Positions 18,268-27,754 are shown, numbered from the stretch's first letter. The stretch is DNA of 64,000 bases from a virus (IMGVR_UViG_3300050507_000132:15197-79196); one strand, 5' to 3'. Notes: a model not told the origin generated them from the letters alone. Numbers and translations are program-made.

Positions 18268-18759
18268 ATGACCACACCCACCCGTCCCACGGCGGCCAAG
18301 AAGACCGCAACCCCCAAGGCGGCCCCCGCCGGACCGGCCCCCACGGCTGCTCCGGCATCCACCTCGAAGTCCCTGGAGCACCACCTCACCACCGTGGCCG
18401 AAGGCGACGTGATGGGGCCGACGGCCCTGTACGAGTGGCTGGAGTCCCTGCGCGCACTCACCTCGGGTCTGTCGTTCATGGTGCACGCGGCAGCCTCCCA
18501 GCTTGAGGCTGCGGCCCGTCAGGGTGCCCGGCAGTCCACCGACGGCCGCCTCACCCTGCGTCAGAAGGTGGATATGGCCCGGGTACTGCGGCAGATGGGC
18601 CGCCGTCTCGACAACGGCGCGGCGGAGGATCTCCTGACCTGCGCTTCCAATGCGGTCAAGACGTACAGCCTGATGCAGGACTTCCTGGAGAGCCTGGAGT
18701 CCGACACCGTTTCCCGTCCTCACCGCAGCTCTCGCGGTGGCTTCGACCTGGGGAAGTGA
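18268..18759 (+). CDS. TraA-like plasmid transfer protein
   Basis: Helical protein directly upstream of the TraB-like gene, the position TraA holds in Streptomyces elements. Confidence 0.5.
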   Translation: MTTPTRPTAAKKTATPKAAPAGPAPTAAPASTSKSLEHHLTTVAEGDVMGPTALYEWLESLRALTSGLSFMVHAAASQLEAAARQGARQSTDGRLTLRQKVDMARVLRQMGRRLDNGAAEDLLTCASNAVKTYSLMQDFLESLESDTVSRPHRSSRGGFDLGK

Positions 18760-18760
18760 C

Positions 18761-20758
18761 ATGAGCGGCTACCGGCGGCCCCGCCTGAGCGCGGGCCTCT
18801 ACCTCGGGGAGAAAACGGCTCCGTACGTGGCTCCGTGGCTGCTCGCGCTGGGTGCCATGCCGGTAGCCGTCGGAGTTCATTTCTTCATCGGCGACGACGC
18901 GAAATGGATGGTCATCCTGGGGGCTGTCTTCACCCTGATGACCCTGGGCACGTGGCGGACCTGGAAGCACCGCAAGCACGAGACCCGGCTGACCGCCACC
19001 GTGTTCACGGGCGCGATGCTCGGATGGATCGCCCTGGCCGGGGCAGGAACGCCCTGGTCGGGCGACCTGTTGAAGGCATGGGTGGTCGGCGGGTTCTCGT
19101 GCTCGGCGTTCTGGTGCATCCGGCATGCGGGTGTCGCCGCTGGACACGACCGTGACCGGACGGACAAGGAGGACCAGTCCTGGCTGGCCGGAAAGATCTC
19201 GGCCTTCAAGGGCAGCAAGGTGACCTCCGTAAAGGAGACGCCGGACGAGATCCGTGTCCGTCACGATCTTGAGACCCCTGTCACCGCCGGAGATGCGCAG
19301 CGGACCGTGGATCAGATTGCCGCCGTCGCCAAGGTCGGAAAAGACCAGGTCAAGGTGCTCAAGGTGAAGGGCGACGAGTCCAAGGTGGACGTCGTGCTCA
19401 ACCGGGCGACGGACACGTCCAAGCCGGTGAAGTACCGGGGTCCTTCCGCACCGGGGCAGTCCTGCGCGGCGGCCCCGTTGTGGCTGGGACGGCGCACCGA
19501 CGGCTCGGACATCGAATGGTGGATGCCGGGGGATGCGCACCTGGAGCAGCCCCGCAACGTCGTCCACACCAAGTGCACCGGCACCACCGGCGCCGGGAAG
19601 ACGGAGACGATCTGCACGGCCGTTCTCGACATGCGCTGGAGGACGGACATCGTGCCCGTGGTGGGGGACCCGGCCAAGTTCCAGCAGGGATTCGGGGACA
19701 TTGAGGAGTGCCTCGGACTCGCTGCCAAGACGAAGCCCGAAGTTCTCCAGCTCCTGGAGAACCTGGCTGGTCCGGTCATCGAATACCGCTCTGAGCTGCT
19801 GGGATCCCTTCGGCGCTCGGACGGGGGCATGGGCTACAAGCAGTGGGAGCCGGAGTGCTACACGCTGCACGGCGTGCCGTTCCTCTTCGTCGACATTGAG
19901 GAGGCGGCCGACGTCATCATGGACCGTGACCAGGAGGTCTACGAGGCCGCGCGCAAGCTGCGCTCCCTGGGGATCAAGCTGTGCCTGAGCACCCAGACCA
20001 TGCCGCACGACGATATCCCCCGTAAGGCCCGGGGCCTGTTCGGGGAGTCCCTGGCCCATGGTCAGAAGGAGTACCAGGACGCCAAGTACGCCCTGTCCGA
20101 GGAGACGCTGAACGCCAACGCGGACCCCACCAAGTGGGGCGCCGATGCTCCCGGAAGCGTGTACGCGGAGTTGACCGGGACGGACAAGGTGCACTGGCCG
20201 GTGGACGGCCGGGCCGTCTACATGACGGCCGCCGAGAAGTCGTTCTCCATCGAGGGTTCCCGGCAGTACTGGGCAGCGGTGGACGACGGGACGTACGAAC
20301 GGCTCGCGTTCGGGATCGACCCGGCTCTGGCTCCGGTCGAGGAAGACGACTCTGACCTGGACGAATACGAGGACGAGGAGGACGAGGTGATCGGACGCGA
20401 CGCGTACGCCGGAGTGGAGGGTGCGGACCCGAACATTCCCCTGACTCCGCCTCCGGCCGCGCTGGACATCAGCTTCAGTGACGGTCCGGGGCCGGAGATG
20501 TCCAGCGCGGACGCACGGGCCCGTCTGATGAACCGGCTTGAGGTACTGGCCCGCTCGGGACAGTCGGAGATCACGTTCCAGGACTTGGCCGACCTGCCCG
20601 GAGAGGTCGGCTTCACCCCTCAGTGGCTCTACAAGCAGCTCGGGCTGCTGGTGGACGCCGGAGTGCTGAAGGAGTTCCGGCCGCCGAAGGGTTCAGTGGT
20701 CAACGGCCGGAAGGTCAAGGTCATTTACACCATCATCCGGAAGTTCGAGGCCTCGTGA
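18761..20758 (+). CDS. traB: TraB-like FtsK/SpoIIIE conjugative DNA translocase
   Basis: N-terminal TM helices, Walker A GTTGAGKT, Walker B FVDIEEA, acidic linker, C-terminal winged helix. Confidence 0.85.
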   Translation: MSGYRRPRLSAGLYLGEKTAPYVAPWLLALGAMPVAVGVHFFIGDDAKWMVILGAVFTLMTLGTWRTWKHRKHETRLTATVFTGAMLGWIALAGAGTPWSGDLLKAWVVGGFSCSAFWCIRHAGVAAGHDRDRTDKEDQSWLAGKISAFKGSKVTSVKETPDEIRVRHDLETPVTAGDAQRTVDQIAAVAKVGKDQVKVLKVKGDESKVDVVLNRATDTSKPVKYRGPSAPGQSCAAAPLWLGRRTDGSDIEWWMPGDAHLEQPRNVVHTKCTGTTGAGKTETICTAVLDMRWRTDIVPVVGDPAKFQQGFGDIEECLGLAAKTKPEVLQLLENLAGPVIEYRSELLGSLRRSDGGMGYKQWEPECYTLHGVPFLFVDIEEAADVIMDRDQEVYEAARKLRSLGIKLCLSTQTMPHDDIPRKARGLFGESLAHGQKEYQDAKYALSEETLNANADPTKWGADAPGSVYAELTGTDKVHWPVDGRAVYMTAAEKSFSIEGSRQYWAAVDDGTYERLAFGIDPALAPVEEDDSDLDEYEDEEDEVIGRDAYAGVEGADPNIPLTPPPAALDISFSDGPGPEMSSADARARLMNRLEVLARSGQSEITFQDLADLPGEVGFTPQWLYKQLGLLVDAGVLKEFRPPKGSVVNGRKVKVIYTIIRKFEAS

Positions 20759-20820
20759 TCACACCCGTGATCACACCCTTCTCACGCCGTGATCACACCC
20801 GTGATCACACCCGTGATCAC
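20755..20820. repeat. 12-bp tandem repeats, candidate clt (TraB recognition) locus
   Basis: GTGATCACACCC x4 plus GTGATCAC, starting at the traB stop; 8-bp palindromic core. Confidence 0.85.
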
Positions 20821-20917
20821 GGCGTGAGTGGGGTCCTGACCTAGGGATGTTCTCCCGGGCGGGGCGCCGGGCAGTCACGGGGACTGCCGACGAGACGGAT
20901 ACGAGGGAAACGGAATC

Positions 20918-21124
20918 ATGGAAAAGATCGTCGCGGAGGCCAAGCTGGGAGCTGCGATAGCTGCGGAGCTGACGCTGGGGTTCATCATCGGACTGCTGCT
21001 GCTGGGTCTCGTCCCGGGCGACCGGATGAACTTCAACGTCATCGGATCGGTCGTGATGGCGGCCGTCCTCGCCGGGCCGTACTACCTCGCGCACCGGTAC
21101 GTGAAGGCACGGCAGAACCACTGA
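20918..21124 (+). CDS. small membrane (Spd-like) protein
   Basis: Two hydrophobic segments; downstream of traB. Confidence 0.5.
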   Translation: MEKIVAEAKLGAAIAAELTLGFIIGLLLLGLVPGDRMNFNVIGSVVMAAVLAGPYYLAHRYVKARQNH

Positions 21125-21135
21125 GTAAGGAGATC

Positions 21136-21543
21136 GTGACCATGGAAGAGCATGAGGACCGCCTGCCCGCCATCATCGAGTACCTGCGGATGAACCCGAC
21201 GGAGAAGCTGCCGGGTTCATCCGTCACGGGGCAGGGGGCTCCGCAGGTGATCCACGTGCACGAGCACCACCACTACGCACCGCATCCGCCTCCGGCTCCA
21301 CCCCCTCCGCCGACCCTGGCGGAGAAGGTGATCCCGTGGATATGGCTCGCTCTCGGAGCACTGATCATCGGCACGATCTGTGCCATGATCCTGGCCGTGG
21401 TGATGGTCGCTCTGCTGATCGGCCTGGTGGGAGTTGCCGTTGCGGCAGCCGCCGTCGCGTACCTGATCAAAACGACCAGGGAATCTCAGATCAACATGGA
21501 GCTGACGCGCGAGCGTCCGGCTCCGAGGAGGAACCAACGATGA
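21136..21543 (+). CDS. SpdD-like membrane protein
   Basis: His/Pro-rich N-terminus followed by two TM helices; RBS AAGGAG. Confidence 0.5.
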   Translation: MTMEEHEDRLPAIIEYLRMNPTEKLPGSSVTGQGAPQVIHVHEHHHYAPHPPPAPPPPPTLAEKVIPWIWLALGALIIGTICAMILAVVMVALLIGLVGVAVAAAAVAYLIKTTRESQINMELTRERPAPRRNQR

Positions 21544-22262
21544 CACCCCCGCTCGCAGTGATCGTCCCCACCCGGGGACGGCCCGCCAGCGCGGCCCGGC
21601 TGACAAAGGCGTTCAGGGACACAGATGCCCTGAACGCCGTGCCGGTGTTCGTGGCGGACGCAGACGACCCGGAGCTGCCCGCGTACCGGCGGCTGCTCGA
21701 CGACGGCACGATCCCCCGTCTGATGATCTATCCATCGGTCACCGGCGTACGGGGACTGTGCTTCCCGCTCAACTACGCGGCCCGGCGGTACGCCGATGTG
21801 TACGGGGCCGTGGGATTCATGGGGGACGATCATCTGCCCCGCACCACGGGCTGGGACGACAGGATCATCGACGCCCTGGACTCCCTGGAGCCCCGCATCG
21901 TCTACGGCAACGATCTGTTCCAGGGACCGAACCTGCCGACCGCCGTGTTCATGCAGAGCAGGATGATCAAAGCTATGGGGGTCATGGCTCCGCAGGTGAT
22001 GCGGCACCTCTACCTCGACAACTTCTGGAAGGAACTCGGAGAACGGCTCGGCGGACTCGTCTATCTGGACGACGTGATCATCGAGCATCTGCATCCGGCC
22101 GCCGGAAAGGCCGCGATGGACGACGGCTACCGGCGCGTCAACGCCTCCGAGGCGGACCGGGCCGACCGGGAAGCATGGATCCGCTACCGAGACGGTGACC
22201 TCTTCGAGTCGGCCCTCCGGGCCGTCAGGCAGGAGTACGGACATGCGCGTCCGACTGCGTGA
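21540..22262 (+). CDS. glycosyltransferase family 2
   Basis: VIVPTRGRP, FVADADD, FMGDDH, HLYLDN, IEHLHP. Confidence 0.85.
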   Translation: MTPPLAVIVPTRGRPASAARLTKAFRDTDALNAVPVFVADADDPELPAYRRLLDDGTIPRLMIYPSVTGVRGLCFPLNYAARRYADVYGAVGFMGDDHLPRTTGWDDRIIDALDSLEPRIVYGNDLFQGPNLPTAVFMQSRMIKAMGVMAPQVMRHLYLDNFWKELGERLGGLVYLDDVIIEHLHPAAGKAAMDDGYRRVNASEADRADREAWIRYRDGDLFESALRAVRQEYGHARPTA

Positions 22263-22875
22263 GTGCCGCTCGCCGGAGGAGGAGCGCGCGTACTACGAGC
22301 GCGTCTACCCGGCTGGGTACCGGCACATGGTCTGGCCCGACCACGTCGAGCGCGTGGCTGCCTCGGTCGAGATGATCCGCCGGTACGGCAACAACATCAA
22401 GACGGCGGCCGACCTGTCCTGCGGGGACGCGGCCATTCTGCGGGGCATCGACGACTTGCTGGAGCAGGCATACGTCGGGGACCTGATCGGGGCCCGGGGC
22501 GACTACCCTCTCCGGACGCACGTCCGGGTCGTGCAGGCCGGTCCGTTGCCGGACAGCTTGTGGTCCCTGCCCGAGGCACCGCTGCCGGTGGATCTGTTCG
22601 TGCTCAGCGAGACGCTGGAGCACATGCCGGACCCTGACGGACTTCTGCGGCAGCTCACCATGTTCAGCCAGTATCTGTTCCTGTCCACGCCGGTTGCGGA
22701 GTCACCCGACTCCGGGAATCTGGAGCATTACTGGAGCTGGGACACGGCCGACGTCGGGGACATGCTGCGGCAGGCAGGGTGGACCCCGTTGGAAATGTCG
22801 CTGCTCGTTCCGGTGAGCACCCGGCACATGGAGAACGCCTACACCTACCAGATGTGGATGGCGGTGACGCGGTGA
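22243..22875 (+). CDS. class I SAM-dependent methyltransferase
   Basis: ADLSCGDA motif I, VLSETLEHMPDP, FLSTP. Confidence 0.75.
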   Translation: MRVRLRECRSPEEERAYYERVYPAGYRHMVWPDHVERVAASVEMIRRYGNNIKTAADLSCGDAAILRGIDDLLEQAYVGDLIGARGDYPLRTHVRVVQAGPLPDSLWSLPEAPLPVDLFVLSETLEHMPDPDGLLRQLTMFSQYLFLSTPVAESPDSGNLEHYWSWDTADVGDMLRQAGWTPLEMSLLVPVSTRHMENAYTYQMWMAVTR

Positions 22876-23456
22876 GGCCCGGCGTGACGGCGGTGATTGC
22901 GTCGATTCCTCCCCGCGTCGGTACCCATCTGCACCGGGCCGTCGACAGCGTGCTTCAGCAGACCCGGACTGTGGATGCGATTAGTATCAGCGTCGATCAC
23001 GGTCGTCTGGGCTCGGCGAAGAACCGCAGCCGGGCCCTGTCAGGTGTCGGAACGGAGTGGGTCGCCCTGCTCGACGACGACGACGAATGGTGTCCGGACC
23101 ACGTCGAGTTGCTCATGCGGCACGCCGAAGAGACGGGTGCCGACCTGGTCTACCCATGGTTCACGGTGCCGGAGGGCTGGGATCCGTGGCCGTACCGGGA
23201 GGGACAGCCGTTCGACGAAGCGCTGCTCCGGACGGTGAACTACATCCCGATCACGGTTCTGGTGCGGACCGAGCTCCTGTGGTCGGCCGGAGGCTTCACG
23301 GTCAAGGATCCGGCGAACACGGACAGCCTCTGCGATGACTGGGGCACCTGGGAGAAGCTGCTCGCCTCGGGTGCGAAGTTCTCCCACCTCAACCGCCGGA
23401 CGTGGATTTGGCACTGGCACGGAGGCAACACGAGCGGAAGGCCGAAGGCATGGTGA
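22872..23456 (+). CDS. glycosyltransferase family 2
   Basis: VIASIPPR, ALLDDDDEW, CDDWG. Confidence 0.85.
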   Translation: MRPGVTAVIASIPPRVGTHLHRAVDSVLQQTRTVDAISISVDHGRLGSAKNRSRALSGVGTEWVALLDDDDEWCPDHVELLMRHAEETGADLVYPWFTVPEGWDPWPYREGQPFDEALLRTVNYIPITVLVRTELLWSAGGFTVKDPANTDSLCDDWGTWEKLLASGAKFSHLNRRTWIWHWHGGNTSGRPKAW

Positions 23457-23571
23457 TCCGGTTCTTCATCCGGGTCTGGTGGGCTCTCGTCCCGCACCCC
23501 ATCGTCCCGACACCGTTCGCATCGGCCGTTTGCCGACGCTGCAAGCAACAGCACATGAGGACGTGGTTTTG

Positions 23572-24465
23572 ATGAGAGCACTGATCACGGGAGACAGAGG
23601 CTTCTTGGGCCGTCACTTCAAGACTGAGGCAATCCGCCGGGGGTGGGATGTCATAGGAGCCGATATCCAGGCCACATCTACCCAGGACTGCCGGAACCTG
23701 TTCCGCAGGGAACTTCAGCATCCGTCCCTACGGGATGCCGTCGGCCCGTATGACATTGTGATCCACTGCGCGGCTGTTGTCGGCGGCCGGGAGACGATCG
23801 AGCGCGACCCCCTGGCCACGGCCGAGTCGCTGTCCATCGACGCGGAGATGTTCCGGTGGGCGGCCGTCGCGAAGCCGGGCCGGGTGCTGTACTTCAGCAG
23901 CAGTGCCGCATACTCGACCTGGCTCCAGTCAGCCAAGGGACCGCACCGGGCCCTGACCGAGGACAGCTTGCACACCACACCCCTCCAGCCGGACGAGGTC
24001 TACGGCTGGAGCAAGGTCACCGGGGAACTTCTCGCCGACCGGCTCCGGCGCGTCGGGGTTCCGGTGACCGTCGTACGGCCGTTCTCCGGCTACGGCGCCG
24101 ACCAGGATCCGAGCTACCCGTTCCGGGCGGTCCTGGAACGGGTCAAGCGCCGGGAGGATCCGCTGGTGGTCTGGTCCGACGCGGTACGCGACTGGATTCA
24201 CGTGGACGATCTTGTGGCGGGTGCGCTGGCCGTGGCCGACTCGGGGACGGAGGATCCGGTCAACCTGTGCACCGGCCGCCCGACGTCGTTCCCCCAGTTG
24301 GCCCGGCGGATGGCCGACGCGGCCGGGTACGAGCCGGACATCGAAGTTCTGGACGACAAGCCGAAGGGGGTCGCCTACCGGGTGGGCGATCCGGCCCGGA
24401 TGCTGACGTACTACACCCCCCTGATCAACCTGGAAGAGGGCATCCGCCGGGCCCTGGAGACTTGA
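23572..24465 (+). CDS. NAD-dependent epimerase/dehydratase
   Basis: ITGDRGFLG, HCAA, FSSSAAY, YGWSK, RPFSGYG, RDWIHVDD. Confidence 0.93.
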   Translation: MRALITGDRGFLGRHFKTEAIRRGWDVIGADIQATSTQDCRNLFRRELQHPSLRDAVGPYDIVIHCAAVVGGRETIERDPLATAESLSIDAEMFRWAAVAKPGRVLYFSSSAAYSTWLQSAKGPHRALTEDSLHTTPLQPDEVYGWSKVTGELLADRLRRVGVPVTVVRPFSGYGADQDPSYPFRAVLERVKRREDPLVVWSDAVRDWIHVDDLVAGALAVADSGTEDPVNLCTGRPTSFPQLARRMADAAGYEPDIEVLDDKPKGVAYRVGDPARMLTYYTPLINLEEGIRRALET

Positions 24466-24654
24466 TCATTTGCCCCGTGCCTGACGGGTGCGGGCCGCCT
24501 TGCGGGCCATGACGCTGCGCTGTGCATGCGTCTGGCCCGCATTGCTGATCCGGGCCGCCTTGCTCTTGATCATCCCCTGCTTGCGCAGAGCGCGGTAGGC
24601 CGCCTGCCTTGATCGATAAACGAAGCCGAATCTTCCTCCGCGTGAGCTGACCAT
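24466..24654 (-). CDS. small basic protein
   Basis: Very R/K-rich 62 aa; RBS GGAG upstream; opposite strand to its neighbours. Confidence 0.5.
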   Translation of the reverse strand: MVSSRGGRFGFVYRSRQAAYRALRKQGMIKSKAARISNAGQTHAQRSVMARKAARTRQARGK

Positions 24655-24665
24655 GGTATTCTCCG

Positions 24666-25283
24666 ATGGGGGTAAGTACCCGCTATGTAGGAGGCGCCTT
24701 GAAGTCGGTGGAGTGGAACGCCCGTCTCGTGGACCGGTTCTTCAGCAAGGCTGAGGAGGACCCGTCAACGGGCTGCTGGGTCTGGACCCGGCACCTGGAC
24801 CGGAAGGGCTACGGACGGTTCCAGTATGCGACCCGTGACAACCGGCTCGCGTACAACGTCAGCTATGGGCTGATGATCGGGGACGTCGCAGACGGCTTGG
24901 AGCTGGATCACCTCTGCCGGAACGTGGCCTGCGTCAATCCGTACCACCTGGACCCCGTGACCCCGGCGGTCAATCAGGCGCGAGCTGCTGAGGCTCGGAC
25001 GCATTGCCCGTCGAATCACCCGTACGACGAGGCCAACACCTACCGGTCCCCGAGCGGAGCCAAGGTCTGCCGCACTTGCCGGAGAAGGACTCAGAGGGCC
25101 GTGAAGGAGCGGGAGAAGGCGGAGCGCCGGGCCCGTGGGCCGTTGCCCCCAAAGCGTCTGGAGGGGTGCCAGTACGGCCACCCTTTCGACGAGGCCAACA
25201 CGTACGAACACGACGGAATCCGCAGGTGCAGGAAGTGCCACGCACGTCGGGAAAGGGAACGTCGTCAATCACTGAAGTCGTAA
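24666..25283 (+). CDS. HNH endonuclease with two Zn-finger repeats
   Basis: CWVW...GYG...LDHLCRNVACVNPYHL; HCPSNHPYDEANTY and GCQYGHPFDEANTY repeats. Confidence 0.88.
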   Translation: MGVSTRYVGGALKSVEWNARLVDRFFSKAEEDPSTGCWVWTRHLDRKGYGRFQYATRDNRLAYNVSYGLMIGDVADGLELDHLCRNVACVNPYHLDPVTPAVNQARAAEARTHCPSNHPYDEANTYRSPSGAKVCRTCRRRTQRAVKEREKAERRARGPLPPKRLEGCQYGHPFDEANTYEHDGIRRCRKCHARRERERRQSLKS

Positions 25284-25363
25284 AGACCCAGGTCAGAGGG
25301 GCTGTACGTCCCTCCGGCATTATGGTTTACTTAAATCAGTACAACAGACCAGCGACCAAGGAG
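25282..25363 (+). promoter_or_regulatory. promoter/operator/RBS cassette, copy 1 of an 82-bp direct repeat
   Basis: Near-identical to 25814-25895; TATGGT -10-like hexamer overlapping the palindrome GGTTTACTTAAATC; ends in CGACCAAGGAG. Confidence 0.75.
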
Positions 25364-25369
25364 ACCAGG

Positions 25370-25813
25370 ATGAACGCCACCGCCACCACCGCCCGGATCA
25401 CCGTTCTCAACGGTCGGCGCACCCTCGCTTTCAACGGCGAGACCGATGAGCAGGCACAGGCCCGGTACGACCGGATCGCGGCCGAGCAGGCCGAGGAGAA
25501 TCTCTTCCTGTACGGCGCGGAGACGGTGAACGGGTTCGAGGTCGAGACGGTGACGGTGGAAGACCTGACCACGGACGACATGGTGGTGTTCGAGGGCCGG
25601 ACCGAATCCTGGTTCGTGCACGTGACCACGGCCCCCTTCCGCGCGACGTACTACAACGGCCGGACCGGAGAGACCACGCAGGCCGACTACGTGATGATCA
25701 GCATCTCCGGTACCCGCAAGAATGTCCGCCCCGGCACCGCTTACCGCCGGGCACTCGACCCGAAGGCGGTCCGTCAGGCTCAGTGGACGGGGCAGGCCAG
25801 CCTGTTCCGCTGA
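25370..25813 (+). CDS. hypothetical protein
   Basis: RBS AAGGAG; follows cassette copy 1. Confidence 0.65.
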   Translation: MNATATTARITVLNGRRTLAFNGETDEQAQARYDRIAAEQAEENLFLYGAETVNGFEVETVTVEDLTTDDMVVFEGRTESWFVHVTTAPFRATYYNGRTGETTQADYVMISISGTRKNVRPGTAYRRALDPKAVRQAQWTGQASLFR

Positions 25814-25895
25814 AAAGACCCAGGCCGGAGGGGATGTACGTCCCTCCGGTCTTATGGTTTACTTAAATCAGTACGACAGACCAGCGACCAAGGAG
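25814..25895 (+). promoter_or_regulatory. promoter/operator/RBS cassette, copy 2
   Basis: 82-bp near-duplicate of 25282-25363. Confidence 0.75.
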
Positions 25896-25901
25896 CCGAT
25901 C

Positions 25902-26594
25902 ATGCAGAAGAACACCGCAACCCGGACCGCCACCACCTTCACCCTTGCCGACCGGCACCCCAACTTCCGGAACCTGAGCGCCGAAGACCTTGAGATCATC
26001 GGCGGGGCGTACGTCTGGAAGAACGAGGGCGGGGCCCGGGACGCGGTCCGGATGATGATCGATGTCAACGGATACGAGTACACGCACCACACCGCTCCCG
26101 GCGTCGAGGTGTACGCGTTCTACGTGAACGGCGAGATGCTGACAGTGATCATCTTCGAGGACGACACGGCCGTCCGGCTGCACAAGACGGTCCGGCGCGA
26201 GCAGCCCGTTACGATCACCTACGTCAAGGCGGACGGTGAGGAGACGGTCCGGACCATCGAGCCCACCGGCCTGAGCCTGACCAAGGCGGGCGACGTGATC
26301 GTGAAGGCGCTCGACCGCAAGTCCGGCGAGACGCGTTCCTTCCGCCTCGACCGTATCCGCACCTACACCGTGCACCGCACCCGCCGGACTGTTCGCACCG
26401 AGGCTCCGGCGCCGACCAAGGCGCAGCTCTGGGAGCAGTGGACCGAGCGCCAGCAAGAGACGGTCACCTGCGAGTGGGACGTGTACGACACCACCCCGGG
26501 CACCGCGACCGCCCTGGAGGCCCCGGAGGCCGTCCAGGACCGGCTCGCCGAAGCGTACGCCTCCGGCCACCGGTACGCGTTCGTCACCGTCTGA
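25902..26594 (+). CDS. WYL-domain protein without an obvious HTH
   Basis: VTITYVKADGEETVRTIEP...KALDRKSGETRSFRLDRI. Confidence 0.82.
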   Translation: MQKNTATRTATTFTLADRHPNFRNLSAEDLEIIGGAYVWKNEGGARDAVRMMIDVNGYEYTHHTAPGVEVYAFYVNGEMLTVIIFEDDTAVRLHKTVRREQPVTITYVKADGEETVRTIEPTGLSLTKAGDVIVKALDRKSGETRSFRLDRIRTYTVHRTRRTVRTEAPAPTKAQLWEQWTERQQETVTCEWDVYDTTPGTATALEAPEAVQDRLAEAYASGHRYAFVTV

Positions 26595-26713
26595 CCCGAC
26601 CCGCAGGCCCGGCCGCATCTCGCGGTCGGGCCGGACCCGAAGAACTGACCGTGCGCCGACAGACCACCATGTACCAGGGCCCGTACGACGACGAACCCCA
26701 GTGGAGGAAGACC

Positions 26714-27265
26714 ATGGGACGCAAGATCTACTTCGTAATCAGCGAGGGTGCAGGCATCCTCAACCCGGGCGAACGAGGCTTCCGCAGTCTGGAAAAGGCG
26801 CAGGCGTTCGCCGCTAAAGCGGCCGAGGAGTGCTCCTGGGAGTGCCGGACACCCCCGGCGCCGGACAACGAAGTACACATCGGCCGGGGCAACTTCCGGT
26901 GCGGCGTGATGGCTGCCCACGGCATCATCATCCGCGAGAGCGAGAACGGCCACTGGGGCCAGGAGCACGACGTGCCCGAAGAGAAGTTCACCCGGCGCAA
27001 GGGCGCCGGGAAGGACGTCGACTGGACGCTGGAGGTGATCATCGACCGTGGCACGGACCACCTGGCCGATGGGCACGACGTGTTCTACTTCGCAGGGCCG
27101 GAGATGACGGACGGCCACTGGGACAAGGTTGTGGAGGACATCGCCGACGGCGACGAGATCCTGGAGGCCACCGTCCGGCCGACCCCCTTCGGCCGGTACG
27201 CCGACGAGTCAGGCAACAACGGCAACAGCTACCCGATGGAGTGGCGGAAGGGGTACGGATTCTGA
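26714..27265 (+). CDS. hypothetical protein
   Basis: RBS GGAGG; start could be 26669. Confidence 0.55.
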   Translation: MGRKIYFVISEGAGILNPGERGFRSLEKAQAFAAKAAEECSWECRTPPAPDNEVHIGRGNFRCGVMAAHGIIIRESENGHWGQEHDVPEEKFTRRKGAGKDVDWTLEVIIDRGTDHLADGHDVFYFAGPEMTDGHWDKVVEDIADGDEILEATVRPTPFGRYADESGNNGNSYPMEWRKGYGF

Positions 27266-27459
27266 TGACTGAGCCTTTCGACGTCAACGACCCTGCCAAG
27301 CTGCCGGACCCGGAATGGTTCGAAGCTCCGCCGGAGTGGTTCAAGTACTTCGTCCTCCGCCTCGCCCGGAACACATCGGCCGGTGAGGTGTGGGACGCCC
27401 TGGAGAAGATCAGTCCCTGGGGGGTCGTGCCGGAGTGGTACCGGGAGGTGCAGATCTGA
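27265..27459 (+). CDS. hypothetical protein
   Basis: TGATG coupling at both ends. Confidence 0.5.
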   Translation: MTEPFDVNDPAKLPDPEWFEAPPEWFKYFVLRLARNTSAGEVWDALEKISPWGVVPEWYREVQI

Positions 27460-27638
27460 TGGCCGACGCGAAGAACACCGGCAGCTACCGTCAAGGTGGC
27501 GAGGTGAACGACCCGGGCTGGGACACCGTGGGCGACAACCCCACCGGCCGTCCCCGCAAGTCTTCCGCCCGTCAGCGCCGTAAGAAGGACCGCAGACTCT
27601 TCGGCGGAACCCCGTGGAGCCGCAAAGAGCAGGACTGA
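27459..27638 (+). CDS. small basic protein
   Basis: TGATG coupling; followed by a terminator. Confidence 0.5.
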   Translation: MADAKNTGSYRQGGEVNDPGWDTVGDNPTGRPRKSSARQRRKKDRRLFGGTPWSRKEQD

Positions 27639-27642
27639 GGAG

Positions 27643-27676
27643 ACGTCCCGGAGATCATTCCGGGACGTTTTCGTTT
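27643..27676 (+). terminator. rho-independent terminator
   Basis: ACGTCCCGGA/TCCGGGACGT stem followed by TTTCGTTT. Confidence 0.8.
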
Positions 27677-27737
27677 GTATTGACTTTTGTACCCCCAGGT
27701 CAGGGCGCGTGTCCGGCGCTTTACGGATCGCCCGGCC

Positions 27738-27754
27738 TATGATTTACTTAAATC
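27738..27754 (+). promoter_or_regulatory. -10 (TATGAT) with overlapping palindromic operator
   Basis: TATGATTTACTTAAATC. Confidence 0.7.

Noticed and set aside
21540-24465. DNA hypermodification pathway
   Set aside because: No base hydroxymethylase, thymidylate synthase homologue, kinase or DNA polymerase is recognisable here, so a protein or surface glycan is more likely; not excluded.
27680-27685. TTGACT as the -35 of a promoter
   Set aside because: No -10-like hexamer lies 16-18 nt downstream; the TATGAT at 27738 is too far away.
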